Source of the DNA: Camelus dromedarius
Taxonomy: Eukaryota
Reading direction: 5' to 3'
DNA length: 64,000 nt
NCBI RefSeq assembly: GCF_036321535.1
Contig: NC_087436.1
Coordinates: 27,716,001-27,780,000 of the forward strand
In this document: positions 26,150-38,165 of the stretch, one piece after another
Layout: every line of letters starts with the position of its first letter
How positions within the stretch are numbered: the first letter of the stretch is position 1
Translations under genes and position numbers: made by a program
The notes under the pieces: generated by a model
What the model was told of the DNA's origin: nothing
Database searches by the model: none
What the model saw: only the letters and a program-made list of their open reading frames with translations

Positions 26150-27500
26150 CAACATTTTGGTTTTTGCAATCCTTTTCCCTCAATAGTCTAGAATTCTTTC
26201 TTCTATATTTGTTATAAATAGAGCAATTGATATAAAGTAAATATTTTTGCCCTTATAAGTAACTCTTTATGTCTGGATTCTTGAAAGAGATAGGATTTTT
26301 GATAAAATGATTCTAATCCCAGGCTGAGTATGGCTTATGTGTACCAGTAAAGCAGTTTCACTGTTTTCACTGGCATTCGCTCCTATTGGTTGGAGCCTGG
26401 GTACAATCAGTTATTACTCATTTTGAATATTAACCTGTTGAGATCTGTTGAGGTCTTTTGTTACTAGACTTACGTGGAACTACCTGAAAACCTTCTATTT
26501 ACACGTTCAAGTTTGCTGAGTTATGTGCTATTCTAACTTTCTTACTGTCTTTGCTAGTTCTCCATGCATTTGTTCTTCAAGTACAATGATTCGTATATGC
26601 AATCTTTACATCTTGACATCTTCTGAATCTACCTATTATGTCATTTATATTTTATTTCATTTGGATATTTCATGAACTATCACTCTTTTCTTGTTTTATG
26701 CTTTAAAATTTGTATTCTGTTGATCTTCTAAGGGCAACAATTTGGGTCTCCTCAGCATCCATCACTTCCCTCCATGTATCTATTGAACTGTTTAAGTAGA
26801 AAATCAGGTTGTTTTGTGTTCTGTGTTTGTTTTGCTGCAAACTACAAACTCCTTTTTGATGTTACAATTCACTGTACATTTCTTTACTGCTTTCATTTCT
26901 TCTCTGTTGTATTGTTTGTCTTTTTTCTTATAACAGCTCAATTCCTTTGATCATTTGTTCTGTTGATTCTTACCTTCTGTTATTGTTATTCCAGTTTTGG
27001 GTCTCCTGGTTGTTGGAATGCCCTAAGAGTCAACAGTCTGATAGATGTTTGAACATGAAGTCATGTGTCCATCAAAAGCCAGTGGATATAAGAAATCAGC
27101 TAAAAGCCTTCTGCTGATACATTTGGAGAAAGCCTCTGTCACCTTCACTACTCCAATTTCTTCAGCCTCAATACTCAGGGATACCTCAGCCCACACCTTT
27201 AGCTCCTTTTTTTACTTCATGGGATGAAGGGAAACCAGGGACACGGGCTGATGTACAACTTCTCTCCATGAGTCTAGGATCTACTGCTTTGCTCTAGGGC
27301 TTAATAGTACTCATCTAGTAAGAGCACGCCAAGCTCAAAGAAAAAGAGCTCAAAGTTTTCTTTGCCAGAACTTCCACAAAGCACACAACTTCAAATGTCC
27401 TCCCACATTCAGAGCTTCTAATATATGTTTGAACAAGGGAGGCCAGATAGTTTGAAGGTGTAGTAGAGGGGAACCTCAGTCTTCCAAGTAGTATGCCAAA
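26150..27500 (-). mobile_element. Highly decayed L1 ORF1/5' region
   Basis: Strong T bias and 'tttcatttcttctctg...cagctcaattcc...ttccagttttgggtctcctgg', typical of antisense ORF1. Confidence 0.4.
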
Positions 27501-27571
27501 AATCCCTCAAAACAAACAGCAGACGTTATATGAGCCTTAAAAATGTGTAATTCAAGCTACCATCTCTTGTC

Positions 27572-28970
27572 TCAATCAATATATTTCTTTCTTTGCTTAA
27601 AAACTATTGAGTGCCGAGTGTATGTCAAAAACAAGAGTAGGCATAGAAATGCAATGATGAGCAGAAACGTATGCTGACCTTGTCCATATCGAACCTGAAG
27701 TCCAGTGGAGGAAGACAACATCGTGCTTTTTTTTTTTTAAGGAAAGAAAAATAGAAGCTGCAATAGCATTCAAAAATATATTTATATGTAAATGAGTAAA
27801 GTTATACGTAAAAAGACAACTGGTACATACTATGAGCTCTCGGGACATTTAATAGGCAGGTGTTACCTGGGCAGAGAGATGAAAGAAATTTTCACGGAGT
27901 AAGAAATGTTTGGGTTAAATAAAGAGGATGAATATGAGTTGCCTGGGCAAAGAGCAGAGAGACCAGCTTTGTAGGCGTATAGCTCCAGTGAAGATACTGA
28001 GGGGACAATTGAGGCAAACAACTTTCGAGGGATTAACAGAAGCAAGACCATGAGGGCCTTCTTAATTACAATAAAATGTTTCTTTATATACTTAGAGCAA
28101 TGAAAATGACTGTGCATTTTTAGTCAGCGAGTGGCATGATCACTGTAGAGCAAAAGAATTTTGTTTACCGTATTTAAAAAAAAATGGATTTGAGTGAGGG
28201 AGAAGTACACTTACGGAGGCCAGATGAAGGTCTACTGCAGTGGTCAAAGTGAAATACTTCAGTGACTGGAAGTAATGTGCTACTAGGGACGTGGAGATGT
28301 GGATCAATCTGTGAAATAATTAGGAGGTAAAGTTGACAGAAATATTTGATATAGGGTTTGAGGAAGAGGGAGACATCAAGCATAATTTCTAAGTTACATA
28401 TTTCTTAAGTGGATACATGTTGGTTCACATTCATGAAAAAGATGGAAATGTTGTAAAATCACATTTGGGAAAGACAGTTTTATTTTAAATTATGGACATG
28501 TTAAGTTTGAAATATCTAAAAATAAATATGAAATAAGAGAAAAGAAGACTAGGCTGGAGATACACATTAGACAATCATCTCTGTTCAAGTGAAATTGAAA
28601 TCACTGATAAAAGCAAGGGCCACTAGTTTGAATGACTGGGCAGATATTTTAATTATACTAAAGAGGAAAATGGGCCTTCAAAGAGAAGAACTCATGGGGA
28701 AAAAGAAAAAAAAATTAGGAATGTTTGATGTCAAGAAAGCCAAGGGATGACAATTTAAAAGAAAGAGAAACACACAAAAGTGTGGAAAGCTTGTGGAGTC
28801 AAGTACAAGAAGGAAAAATTCCTGATGGATTTAGTTACATGCAAGAGAGCTGTGATTTATTGATGTCATGGAACCAGAACCTGTTTTGCAAAAGGTTGAT
28901 AGGTGGAAATGAATCGAGTAAATGGGGATCAAAATTTTAGAAAACTCTATACAAAATTTTGAATGAGAGA
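27572..28970 (-). mobile_element. L2 (L2a-like) 3' portion
   Basis: Antisense L2 tail 'tcaatcaat...aactattgagtgcc', then 'gagcaatgaaaatgactg...gtggcatgatca' and 'ggacatgttaagtttgaaat'. ORF 28174-28383(-) FLKPYIKYFCQLYL is L2-like. Confidence 0.75.
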
Positions 28971-28971
28971 G

Positions 28972-29610
28972 AAAAATACCTCAAGATTTCACTTACATGC
29001 AGAATCTAAAAAACAAATAAACAAAACCTAATTGGTAGATACAGAGAAGAGATCAGTGGTTGCCAGAGCCAGGGGGTGGTGGGGGTAGGTGAAATGGGTG
29101 AAGGTGGATAAAAGGCACTAACTTCCAGTTATAAAATAAATAACTCCTGGGGATGTAATGTATAGAATAATGGCTACAGTTAATAATACTATGTTGTATA
29201 TTTGAAAATTGGTAAGACAATAGATTTAAAAAATTCTCATCACAAGAAAAAAAATTGTAACTATGTGGTGATGAGTGTTAAGTAGAATTATTTTGGTGAT
29301 CATTTCTCAATATGTACAAATACCAAATCTTTGCACTGCACATCTGAAACTAATAGATAGCTGACTCTCAACAAAGCATGGGTGAGGGGCACCTATCCTC
29401 CTCAAAGTGGAAAATCTGAGCATAACTTTTAGTTGGCTCTCCACAGCCACAGCTCCACATCTGTGGATTCAACCAATCTTGGGTCATGTAGTACCGTAAT
29501 ATCCACTATTGAAAAAAATCCTCCTGTCAGTGGACCTGCACGATCAAACACATGTTGTTCTAAAGCCAATTGCACTGTTGTATACTAAATGTATCTCAGT
29601 AACAAAAACA
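28972..29610 (+). mobile_element. L1MA9-like 3' end, interrupted by MER8
   Basis: 'aacttccagttataaaataaataactcctggggatgtaatgta...ttctcatcacaagaaaaaaaattgtaactatgtggtgatg...ctgaaactaata'. It resumes after MER8 with 'tgttgtata...tatctcagtaacaaaaa'. Confidence 0.85.
29358..29572 (+). mobile_element. MER8 (Tigger-derived MITE)
   Basis: Degenerate TIRs tagctgactctc / gccaattg. Internal 'catctgtggattcaaccaa...tagtaccgta...actattgaaaaaaatcc...gtggacctgcac'. Confidence 0.85.
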
Positions 29611-29619
29611 ACAGAAGAA

Positions 29620-29862
29620 TTTGACTTTCTGAGCTGGACCTGGAAACACCCCGAGTCAGTAAGCCAGGTTAATTGTAGGTTTCACCTCATCTGTTTCCCA
29701 TTTCTCAAGGATCATTGTCCTTACTTTCTTGGTGCCTGTTGTCTTGAAAACTGCTGTTTCATATTTTTGGTCCTTTTTTTTGGTTGCAGTTGTTTGGTTT
29801 TTACAAGTGTGAGGTTAAACCTGGTTTCTGATACTCTACCCTGGCTAAAAGTGGGTGTCTTT
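29620..29862 (-). mobile_element. Old L1 5'-end fragment (L1M4/L1MD-like)
   Basis: 'aattgtaggtttcacctcatctgtttccc...gatcattgtcc...tcttgaaaactgctgtttcatattt...gaggttaaacctgg'. Confidence 0.6.
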
Positions 29863-30015
29863 GCTTATGATTTCTAATGGACTGCATGTGGTATGTAAAA
29901 AATGTGGAAAGTCAAAATAGACTCCAAGGTTTTGTCTTGAACTACTATAAATATGAAGGTGCTATTAAATTGAGACTCCTTAATGTTGTTTCTTAAAGGT
30001 AGTGTTGTTTTTTAC

Positions 30016-30356
30016 CTACAGTTCTCATATCTGGCTGCAAATTAGGATCATCTAGTGAGCTTTCCATAAAATGCTTGGATTCCACCCAAAACACTTACAG
30101 CTTAGTTTGTGTATGTGTGTGTGTGTGGCACCAAGGCATTGATACTAGAAAAAGCACATTTCCACATTATACTAATGTTTAGCCATGTTTGAAAATCACT
30201 TCTTAAAGTGGCTTCTCACTTTAATATGCTTATGAATCACTTAGGGATCTTATAAAATTCAAATTCTTATCCAGTTTTTCAAGGTGATAAACTTTGTATT
30301 TCTAACAATGTTTCAGGGGATTCTAGTGCTGCTGGTCCACATTTTGCACAGCAAGG
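30016..30356. mobile_element. Two adjacent MER5-family MITEs (~30016-30200 and ~30205-30356)
   Basis: 'ggctgcaaattaggatcatct...tttgaaaatcact' and 'gaatcacttagggatcttataaaat...atttctaacaa...tgctgctggtcc...cagcaagg'. Confidence 0.6.
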
Positions 30357-30409
30357 CACCGCTATTCAAATTCATGATAGAGCTACAGACAGTACAGATT
30401 CACCTGACA

Positions 30410-30630
30410 TACTGTGTAAAGCATTTGTGTTAGTTCTGCTGTACTGAAAGATATATGAAGTAAAACATGCAATGGTTAATTAAGTCTGGCAAACAGTGAG
30501 TTAAACAAAGTTAAAGAGGTTTCTTTATTGCAGGATTATTCATAGCTAATGCCTTCCTAAGGTTATTTCTTTCCGAATCCCATTTTCATGGCACATATTA
30601 CAGGATTAGGGATTTGCAAAACCCACTATC
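30410..30630 (+). mobile_element. MER103C-like hAT element
   Basis: 'gagttaaacaaagttaaagaggtttctttattgcagga' matches the MER103C core. Confidence 0.65.
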
Positions 30631-31490
30631 TTGTACTAAGACAGAGGTTGAGCTATCTTCAAATAATCATTGCTACTTTCTTAAAAGCTTAAAATTTTAC
30701 TGAAGCATCTATTTAACTGATTTGTTTTCATTTTCCTAATCTGATTCACGACTTAATGATTCCACTTTATTTACAAAACCAAATAGGTTTTACAAAAAAC
30801 AAATTAATCATGCTCTGGATTGTGAAGTGATTGTTCTGCACATACTCATATGATTTTGTTTATACTTAAAAAAATACTTGACAAGTATTTCTTTTCTATA
30901 GCATTTCCATGCACATATTTTCTTATGATTTTCTTTGCATAATTTCATAGCATATTGTTTGTTGATGTATTTCTGTTTACTAACATTTGGGAAATATATG
31001 GCATCAGAGAAAATATTCTTCCCACAAAATTACACTGAAACCTCTAATAGAAAAAAAAAGTTTTATAAGTTTTCTTAATAATTAGATCAATTTTATGTAG
31101 ATAAGAGTTCTGATTGACCACAATACGATTAATTACCTCTTCAGAAACCAGTGATGAAACACAAACACGCCAGGACTTACCAGCATACGGGTGAGTATAA
31201 GTTCATTTTACATTAATGGCTCAATTATGATAGGTTTTAGCTTCTGCCATGTCAGGCAGGACTTCAGAGCCTTCCCTAACATCCCCTATGCCATTGACCA
31301 GATATATTTTGAAACTTTCCTAAGTGTGCTTGAGTCTCAGAAATACTCAGGCTCCTATTTTTTCTGTTTAAACCTCCTTATCCAGATGTCTTGCCCATCC
31401 CATGTGTCTGCAGCTGTACCAGAGGCAAGAGCCAATTAAGAGACCGGTCAACAGGTGGGTCATGATGGGGTGTGAAGGGAGGGTGGGACC

Positions 31491-31999
31491 TGAGGTATAA
31501 GTGGTTAACTCTACACCAAATGTACATAGAATGCACTAAGAATCAAAACCAATTACACAGCTTACAACTGACATTAACATATTTTGATTCCGTTGTCTTC
31601 ATTAATGTAACTTTATAATGCTAGAAAACTCTTGCCCTAGAGATAAAAGTTCCAAATAATTTCATTCCAGGAATTTTCTGAAAGATACATCAACTCTTCG
31701 ATGGGAAACATCAAACAATAGTTTACACCTTAGAACTCTTTAAATCCCTTGCCTCAAATCCTGGCCTTACTGTTCTTTCCCAATTCTAAACTTGCATCCT
31801 GATTCTTAGCCTATCCTAATTGATCCCCTTCACTGAGAGACTCACCCTAAAAGGACTTCAGATTCTTAATAAATACCCTGGCTTTGCCATTCTCTCTCAC
31901 TAAGATACTATCAAGGTAGTGCTCCCCTGTTGAGAATATTTTTATTTTTCTGCACAATCAGGCCTTTCTGATAAAGACAGTTAAAATGCTCTAATGACA
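31491..31999 (+). mobile_element. ERV1 solo LTR (MER89/MER90/MER110-like)
   Basis: Starts 'tgaggtataagtggttaactctacaccaaatg' and ends 'tgaca'. Internal 'gcctatcctaat...aataaataccctggctttgcc...ctaagatactatcaaggtagtgctccc'. Confidence 0.6.
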
Positions 32000-32059
32000 G
32001 AGAATGCCTCCTTTTTCCTAAAATCATTTACCCCTCATTCTAAGGTGATAGGTTTGGAG

Positions 32060-32440
32060 CCCTGTCAAATGGTAATAGAACCCAGAATCATTGATTACGT
32101 TTCAAAGGGTTGTGAGAACCTAGGTGAATTTCTCTTTCTTTCTCAAACAGAGGATCTGTTTACATTCCAGAGTAAAAATATCACTGTATCCCTAGAGGGG
32201 AGTGGTGGTTAATATGCCAACACCTATATATTTTAAGTTTCTACTTTTATAATTTTGAATTCCTCTCCTATAGTGTGGACCCCTTTTTACTCCTCCACTC
32301 CACCTGCAGGTCCTGGCTGTCACCATACTGTCCCATGGAGGAAAATGTAGCATAGACAACCAGTACCAAGATATTTTTGTAAGTAAACAATCAATCTGCC
32401 TCTGATCCAGAAACCTTGTATTTACTGTCAGGATAAAGTA
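32060..32440 (+). mobile_element. 3' part of an old LTR, family uncertain
   Basis: U5-like 'agtaaacaatcaatctgcctctgatccagaaaccttgtatttactgtcaggataaa'. Confidence 0.4.
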
Positions 32441-33195
32441 AGTAAAATATATATATTTACTCCCTTACCATTTAAGCAACACACTTAGCCTTGCATTACT
32501 AATAGTTTGCTTTGGTGACATTTTGAGAGTCAATATTCAATGGTGTTGAATTTCACAATGGTTCTGTGAAAGAAAAACAAAACAAAACAAAACAAAACCT
32601 TCTCATCTACTCTGTCCTTGAGAGCTCAGAACAGCAACTTGATGGTAGTGAAGTTTCAAAAAGTTCCACACTCCTTCTTTGTTCACATCCTCTCCATATT
32701 ACCCTCCAGAAAACAAAAACAAAACCCATATAACCCACAAACAAAAGACATGATTATTGGCTCTTAGAAACTGCTGCCTAAAGGATTTATTGATTCATCT
32801 GTTTCCCTAAAACTCCAGTCAGGGCCCAGTAACGGCACATTGCCATCATCTAAAACGCCTCTATGGCCCAACACACCCCTACATGATCCACGTGATGATT
32901 CTCTACCTCCCCCTAAAATGGTAACATTTGTTTCAAAGATTTTCAGATGGAACCATGAGTTACACTGCATTCCTCTCTTTAACAGAAAATTGTAGTTAGC
33001 CTCCAACGGTCTTTCCTAGATCCTCCATGCTCACTAAGTCCATCAACTTTCCTCCACAGTGTGCTCTAATATAATTCTAAACTTAATGTAAGTTTCATGC
33101 AAACAGTCTAGTATCTCCTCCACATTCAGTCATTCTGATTTGAAATTTCATACAGTTTAAAATGATTTTATTTGTAAATTTAAAAACATGTTATA

Positions 33196-33326
33196 AGTGG
33201 TACTTCCCAAGTATTTATATGTGTTACAAATTACTTGGGATCTTGTCACAAATGTCTGCATTTCCAACAGGCTCCCAGGTGATGCTGCCACTGATGATCT
33301 GCAAACTACTCATTAAGGAGCAAGGT
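33196..33326 (+). mobile_element. MER5B-like MITE, internally deleted
   Basis: 'tctgcatttccaacaggctcccaggtgatgctg...gagcaagg'. Confidence 0.7.
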
Positions 33327-33408
33327 GTTAGAGAAAAGCAAGTCTCCAAGAGAAGAGTTTGCAAATTTCAGTAAATATTAGGAAGGCCCTCTAACATAAA
33401 ATGAACTA

Positions 33409-34109
33409 CTTCTTTTTTTACTGAAGTATAATTAATTTACAATATTGTGTTAGTTTCAGGTGTACAGCAAAATCATTCAGTTACATATATATATATTTAC
33501 AGGTCATTTTCCATTATAGGCTATTACAAGATATTCAGTATAGTTCCCTGTGCTACACAGTAAATCCTTGTTGCTTATCTATTTTATATATAGTAATGTG
33601 TATCTGTTAATTCCATACTCCTAACTTATGCCTCCTACCCTGTCCCTTTGGTAACCATAAGTTTGTATATCTGTGAATCTGTTTCTGTTTTGTAAGTAAG
33701 TTCATTTGAGGAATCCAGATTGCACATATAAGTGATATATCTGTCTTTCCCTGACTGATTGAATTCACTTAGTATTATGTTCTCTGGGTCCATCTTTGTT
33801 GTAGCAAATAGCAATATTTCATTTTTTGTGACTGAATAATATTCCATTGGAAAATATATATTACATCTTCTCTATCCATTTGTCTGTTGATGGACACTTA
33901 GATTGCTTTTTGAATTATAATTTTCTCTGGATATATGCCCAGGAGTGGGATTGCTGGATCATATGGTAAGTCTATTTTAGTTTTTTAAGGAATCTCCATA
34001 CTGTTTTCCATAGTGGCTGCACCAAACTACACTCCCACCAATGGTGTAGGAGGGTTCCCTTTTTTCCAAACCCAGCATTTATTACTTGTAGACATTTTTG
34101 ATGCTAGCC
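33409..34109 (-). mobile_element. 5'-truncated cetartiodactyl L1 with target-site duplication
   Basis: ORF 33635-33847(-) MEYYSVTKNEILLFATTKMDPENIILSE is the L1 ORF2 C-terminus. Perfect 12-bp TSD taaaatgaacta at 33397-33408 and 34110-34121. Confidence 0.92.
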
Positions 34110-37100
34110 TAAAATGAACTATTATTGATGAAGATACAGAAGCCACCTGTGTTAAAATAAACTGATAATTGTACTCCAAAGGGAAACTGGTGACAACTCT
34201 ACCAAATCCTTTGCTCTTTCTTCTTTCTCTTTATTCCTTTCCTTCTGCTCTTTCCTTTGTCTAAATATTAATTTCCTCTTTTCATTTCTACATGGATTCT
34301 TAATCTCCTTTTATCCCCTCCATTCAATTTCTAAGAAATAATTATTATATTTCTGCTTACCTTGAGACTCAATTCCAAATTATTTCACCATGATTGTATA
34401 TGTGTACCACCCAACTCCTTCACATTAAGAATAATCTTAAAAAGGAGTGCTATCTATATTGAATAATCATTTCTGAGAATTATGAAAAAGATTTAAGCAT
34501 TGTTGAGTTATGCTAAACCAAGTGACTTGTAATATTATCTCAATAATAAATTTCCCCTAGAGCTTAAGCAATCCTATAATAATTTTAAAATGCTTTTCTC
34601 TACTGGTATCACCTTACCTATTGTCTTATAAGCACACACAGAATTATACTGTGAATATTCAGCATTACTGAAACCATTTTATAGATGCATTGCTTTTCAA
34701 AAAATAAACATTCTAGACTTACTGGCTTACTGATTGTTTTTTTATTCTTTTGCATTTCTTCCTTTATATGAACATATTTTCTACAGATACAGGGATGGGT
34801 TAAAATGTGACATAAATTTTCTGGAAATAGATGGTCTTAGCTGGAGAACATAAATAAGTCCTAGTACTATGATGTTTTTTTCTAGTTGAAAAAGGGTATA
34901 TGAGCTCAGGTTATGGGATTAAAAACTAATTTTTATAAAATATTAAAAAGGTAATTTTCTTATTTCAGCTTCCTTCTGCTTTTCTGTTTTGTGACTAAGA
35001 AAAGTAAAGGATAATTGGAAACAAAATCAGTGAAAGGGAGTGTGGAAACAGCACCATAAAAGATTTTTAAAAAGGAAAAAAAAGCTATCAAGTAAAAAAA
35101 AAGTGGCAACAAATGCTTAAAGAAAGATAATAAACTAGTTCTATAAAATTAGGTTCTAGAAAAGTAAGTAGATTAGGAATACCAGACATACAATTGATTT
35201 AAAAAAAAAACTCGAATGTATTCCTTAATTTTGAATGTTATTACTCATTCTTTTCTACCTTTGTTCTTATAATTTTTTCAACAATATTCAAACTGAAAGC
35301 AGTTTTCTGCAGTGAATTAGGTGCTATCACATAAAATAGAATTGGGAATGATAGGTACTGGTTCACTGAATTTACAATCTAAGTTAATATTATTGTGTGA
35401 TGCTTCAGTGAATATGGTATACCTAAGAGGCAAATGTACTCTATCAGACACCTAAATGTCATTTACTGTACCAGAAGAGGTAACAGAAATAGAACCCTAG
35501 TGTTCTGGAAGAAGACGTTAGCCTCTCATGAGTGATCTCTGGAAAGTAATTTGCTCACAGTAGGACTGGATAATGATTGCAGCTATTTTGTCTTTTCTTC
35601 TTTTTATTAAGGATGCATGGTCAAAAAATTATCATTTCTATGCTGGGAAAAACAAAAAATGTTCAATATTATTCAAACATAAAAAGAAAACAAACTTACA
35701 TATGCACACTTGGACAGGCTCACACTAAACACAATGATCAAGCCTCAAACTTAGTGTTTTTCCAATTATTTTATTTTTCATTTCAGTGGTAGAAAAATGC
35801 TTCAGATATATTAAAGTTATATGTGTATAGGACTGCTTCTTTGTATGCCCAAATTTAAAAAACCCCACAAATTTATGGACACGAACAAGAAACTGTCATC
35901 TACTTGAGTTTGAATTTGATACTGGGGATGTATACACAAATTCAAGGATAAGCTTAGTTAAACTGGAACAAAAATTATTAGATCTTTCAAGTGAAGAGGT
36001 TTTATAACTGAAAAAACACTTTTGACATGGAGAGTAGGTACACTGTTTCACTGTAAACCTACTGCTTGTAGTATTTCTTCACTGATTTTTAGAGAGAATC
36101 CCCAAATGTCAGGCTATTTATCATCTTTTTAACATCCTTTTTTCCATACACATAGGTGTTGGGGGCGGGGAGGCACATGGTTCCTTGAATCATTTAACAA
36201 AATGTTAGATAATTTTCTCCTACGACTGAAAGGCTAGAACTAACATGCATAACACAACCATTATTAGATAGAAACTCTGCTAGGTTATTTGCATATGATA
36301 TCTTACTTAGTTGTAAAACTAGTTAGAAGTAAATGTAATACATACATTTACAACTTTGTAAAGTGAAGTTTACAATCATTGAAATGCAATTTGTATGTGT
36401 ATGTACATACTTTTCACATTTGATCATGTCTAACCTTTTTTTTTTTTTAGATATATTAAAGAAATAAAGGATAATTGAGAATTACGAAAAAAAGATAGGT
36501 TATAGTAAAAAAGTTTGAGCGTGTAGGTAAGAATCACAAAATGTATGACTATAAAAATTTTATAAAAGTGCAGGTAAAAGGCATATGAGTTCCTAAAATA
36601 TTGCTTCTTAAATGAGTGATATTATAAAAATTGAGAAAGCTTACAAAAGTGTACTTAACACATTTTGTCACTAATTACAATAGCATATACCTCAGGAGGT
36701 AATGTATAAATTACTTGAAAACATAATTTCTTATTTTTACTTATATAGATAATGGTTTTTTGATGATGATTTCAAGGATTAAAATACTATCATAAAATTA
36801 ATGATTTTATATTTATTTTACTGTTTGTTTTCTTTTGTAATATATTTCACACTGCTCTAATGTCTTATATGAATTAGAAACATGATTGATTTTTGGAATA
36901 TCAAATAAATTGCCTTTTCAAATTTGTATTCTCAAGATTTATTTATTATGAAGTGTAATAAAATAACTGTGAATAACACATAAATGTAATTGTTTAATTT
37001 ATTGGAACACATTTAAAGCATTCACTACCAGTCAGAAAAGCTCATTAAATTATAGCAAGTGTAGATATATGGATGTCGTTGTAGTAAATCATTCTAAACC

Positions 37101-38034
37101 AACATATTTATTTTATTACTTGCCAACCTCAGTAGCTAAACTTTATAGCAAAATAATTTTTCTTTCCTATTACTCTTAACTACTAATGAAGGAAAATGCT
37201 GATTTTATAATTTGAGATTGCACTTTACTCTGATGTTTAACCAAAATCATTAAATGTTGATTTCCAACTACACTTAGTAAGTACTTGAGTAAAAATAATG
37301 AGCTCCTTAAATATGCCTGATTTTAAGTAGCTGCTTTTACCATTTCTACAGTTCTAAATAAATTTCCATTTCTACTTGCCCAGAAGAAACGTCTTGCAAA
37401 TTGATTCTAAATTCAAACGTATGTTGATCTTATTTACTAAATCTTATTTAATGATAAACAGTAACAATAAACACTAACAACAACAATAAAATTTATGACT
37501 TGGCTGCCTTGCCATTTAATTGGATATAGTTCTTAATTATTGAAAGTAATTCCCAAGTACATAAAAATCCATTCTATTTTTTCTATTTTTTTTGTTTGTA
37601 GCTTCTATACTTTAATACATTTTCAAACAGTCTATTTTCAGAACTAAAAGAAATATATTTAATGCACATACATTGTCTCACCGAATGCATATGTTGAGAA
37701 CGAAAATTAACTCAACTTTGGTTTTCCTTTATATTTCAAACAAATGAACCAATTCATTGCTGGCTTAGGTACTCCTATGAACCTAATCACAAGTATTAGA
37801 ATATGTTGGCTGACTGAAGAGTAGTGATGACTAAGGGGTCCCCTAAAAAATGAAAAATAAATCCAAAGGTATTTGTAAAATATCTGTAAACTGTTATCAT
37901 CTAGAATTTTTGTTAATTATCCTGTATTATAAGAAGAGCTAGTGGGAACTTTATATCACTTATCTCTGAAGTTCTCAAAGTCTTAGTATGTATGATTCTG
38001 AATATCAGAAATGTTACTTCAATTGATCATTTTA

Positions 38035-38165
38035 ACAGCTCACAGGTTTAGGAGTCAGGATATGAGCCTAGACTCCCTACAGTGCAGCATGTGTGCATGT
38101 GCCACAACTTCCCCTCTGTGTCTCACTCTCCACATGTGGACACATGGCCATCGTAGTGCACAAAC
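38035..38165 (+). mobile_element. MIR fragment
   Basis: 'acaggtttaggagtcagga...cacaacttcccctctgtgtctcactctccacatgtgga'. Confidence 0.5.

Noticed and set aside
29509..29877. 122-aa ORF
   Set aside because: It spans MER8, an L1 tail and an antisense L1 5' fragment, so it is a chimeric chance ORF.
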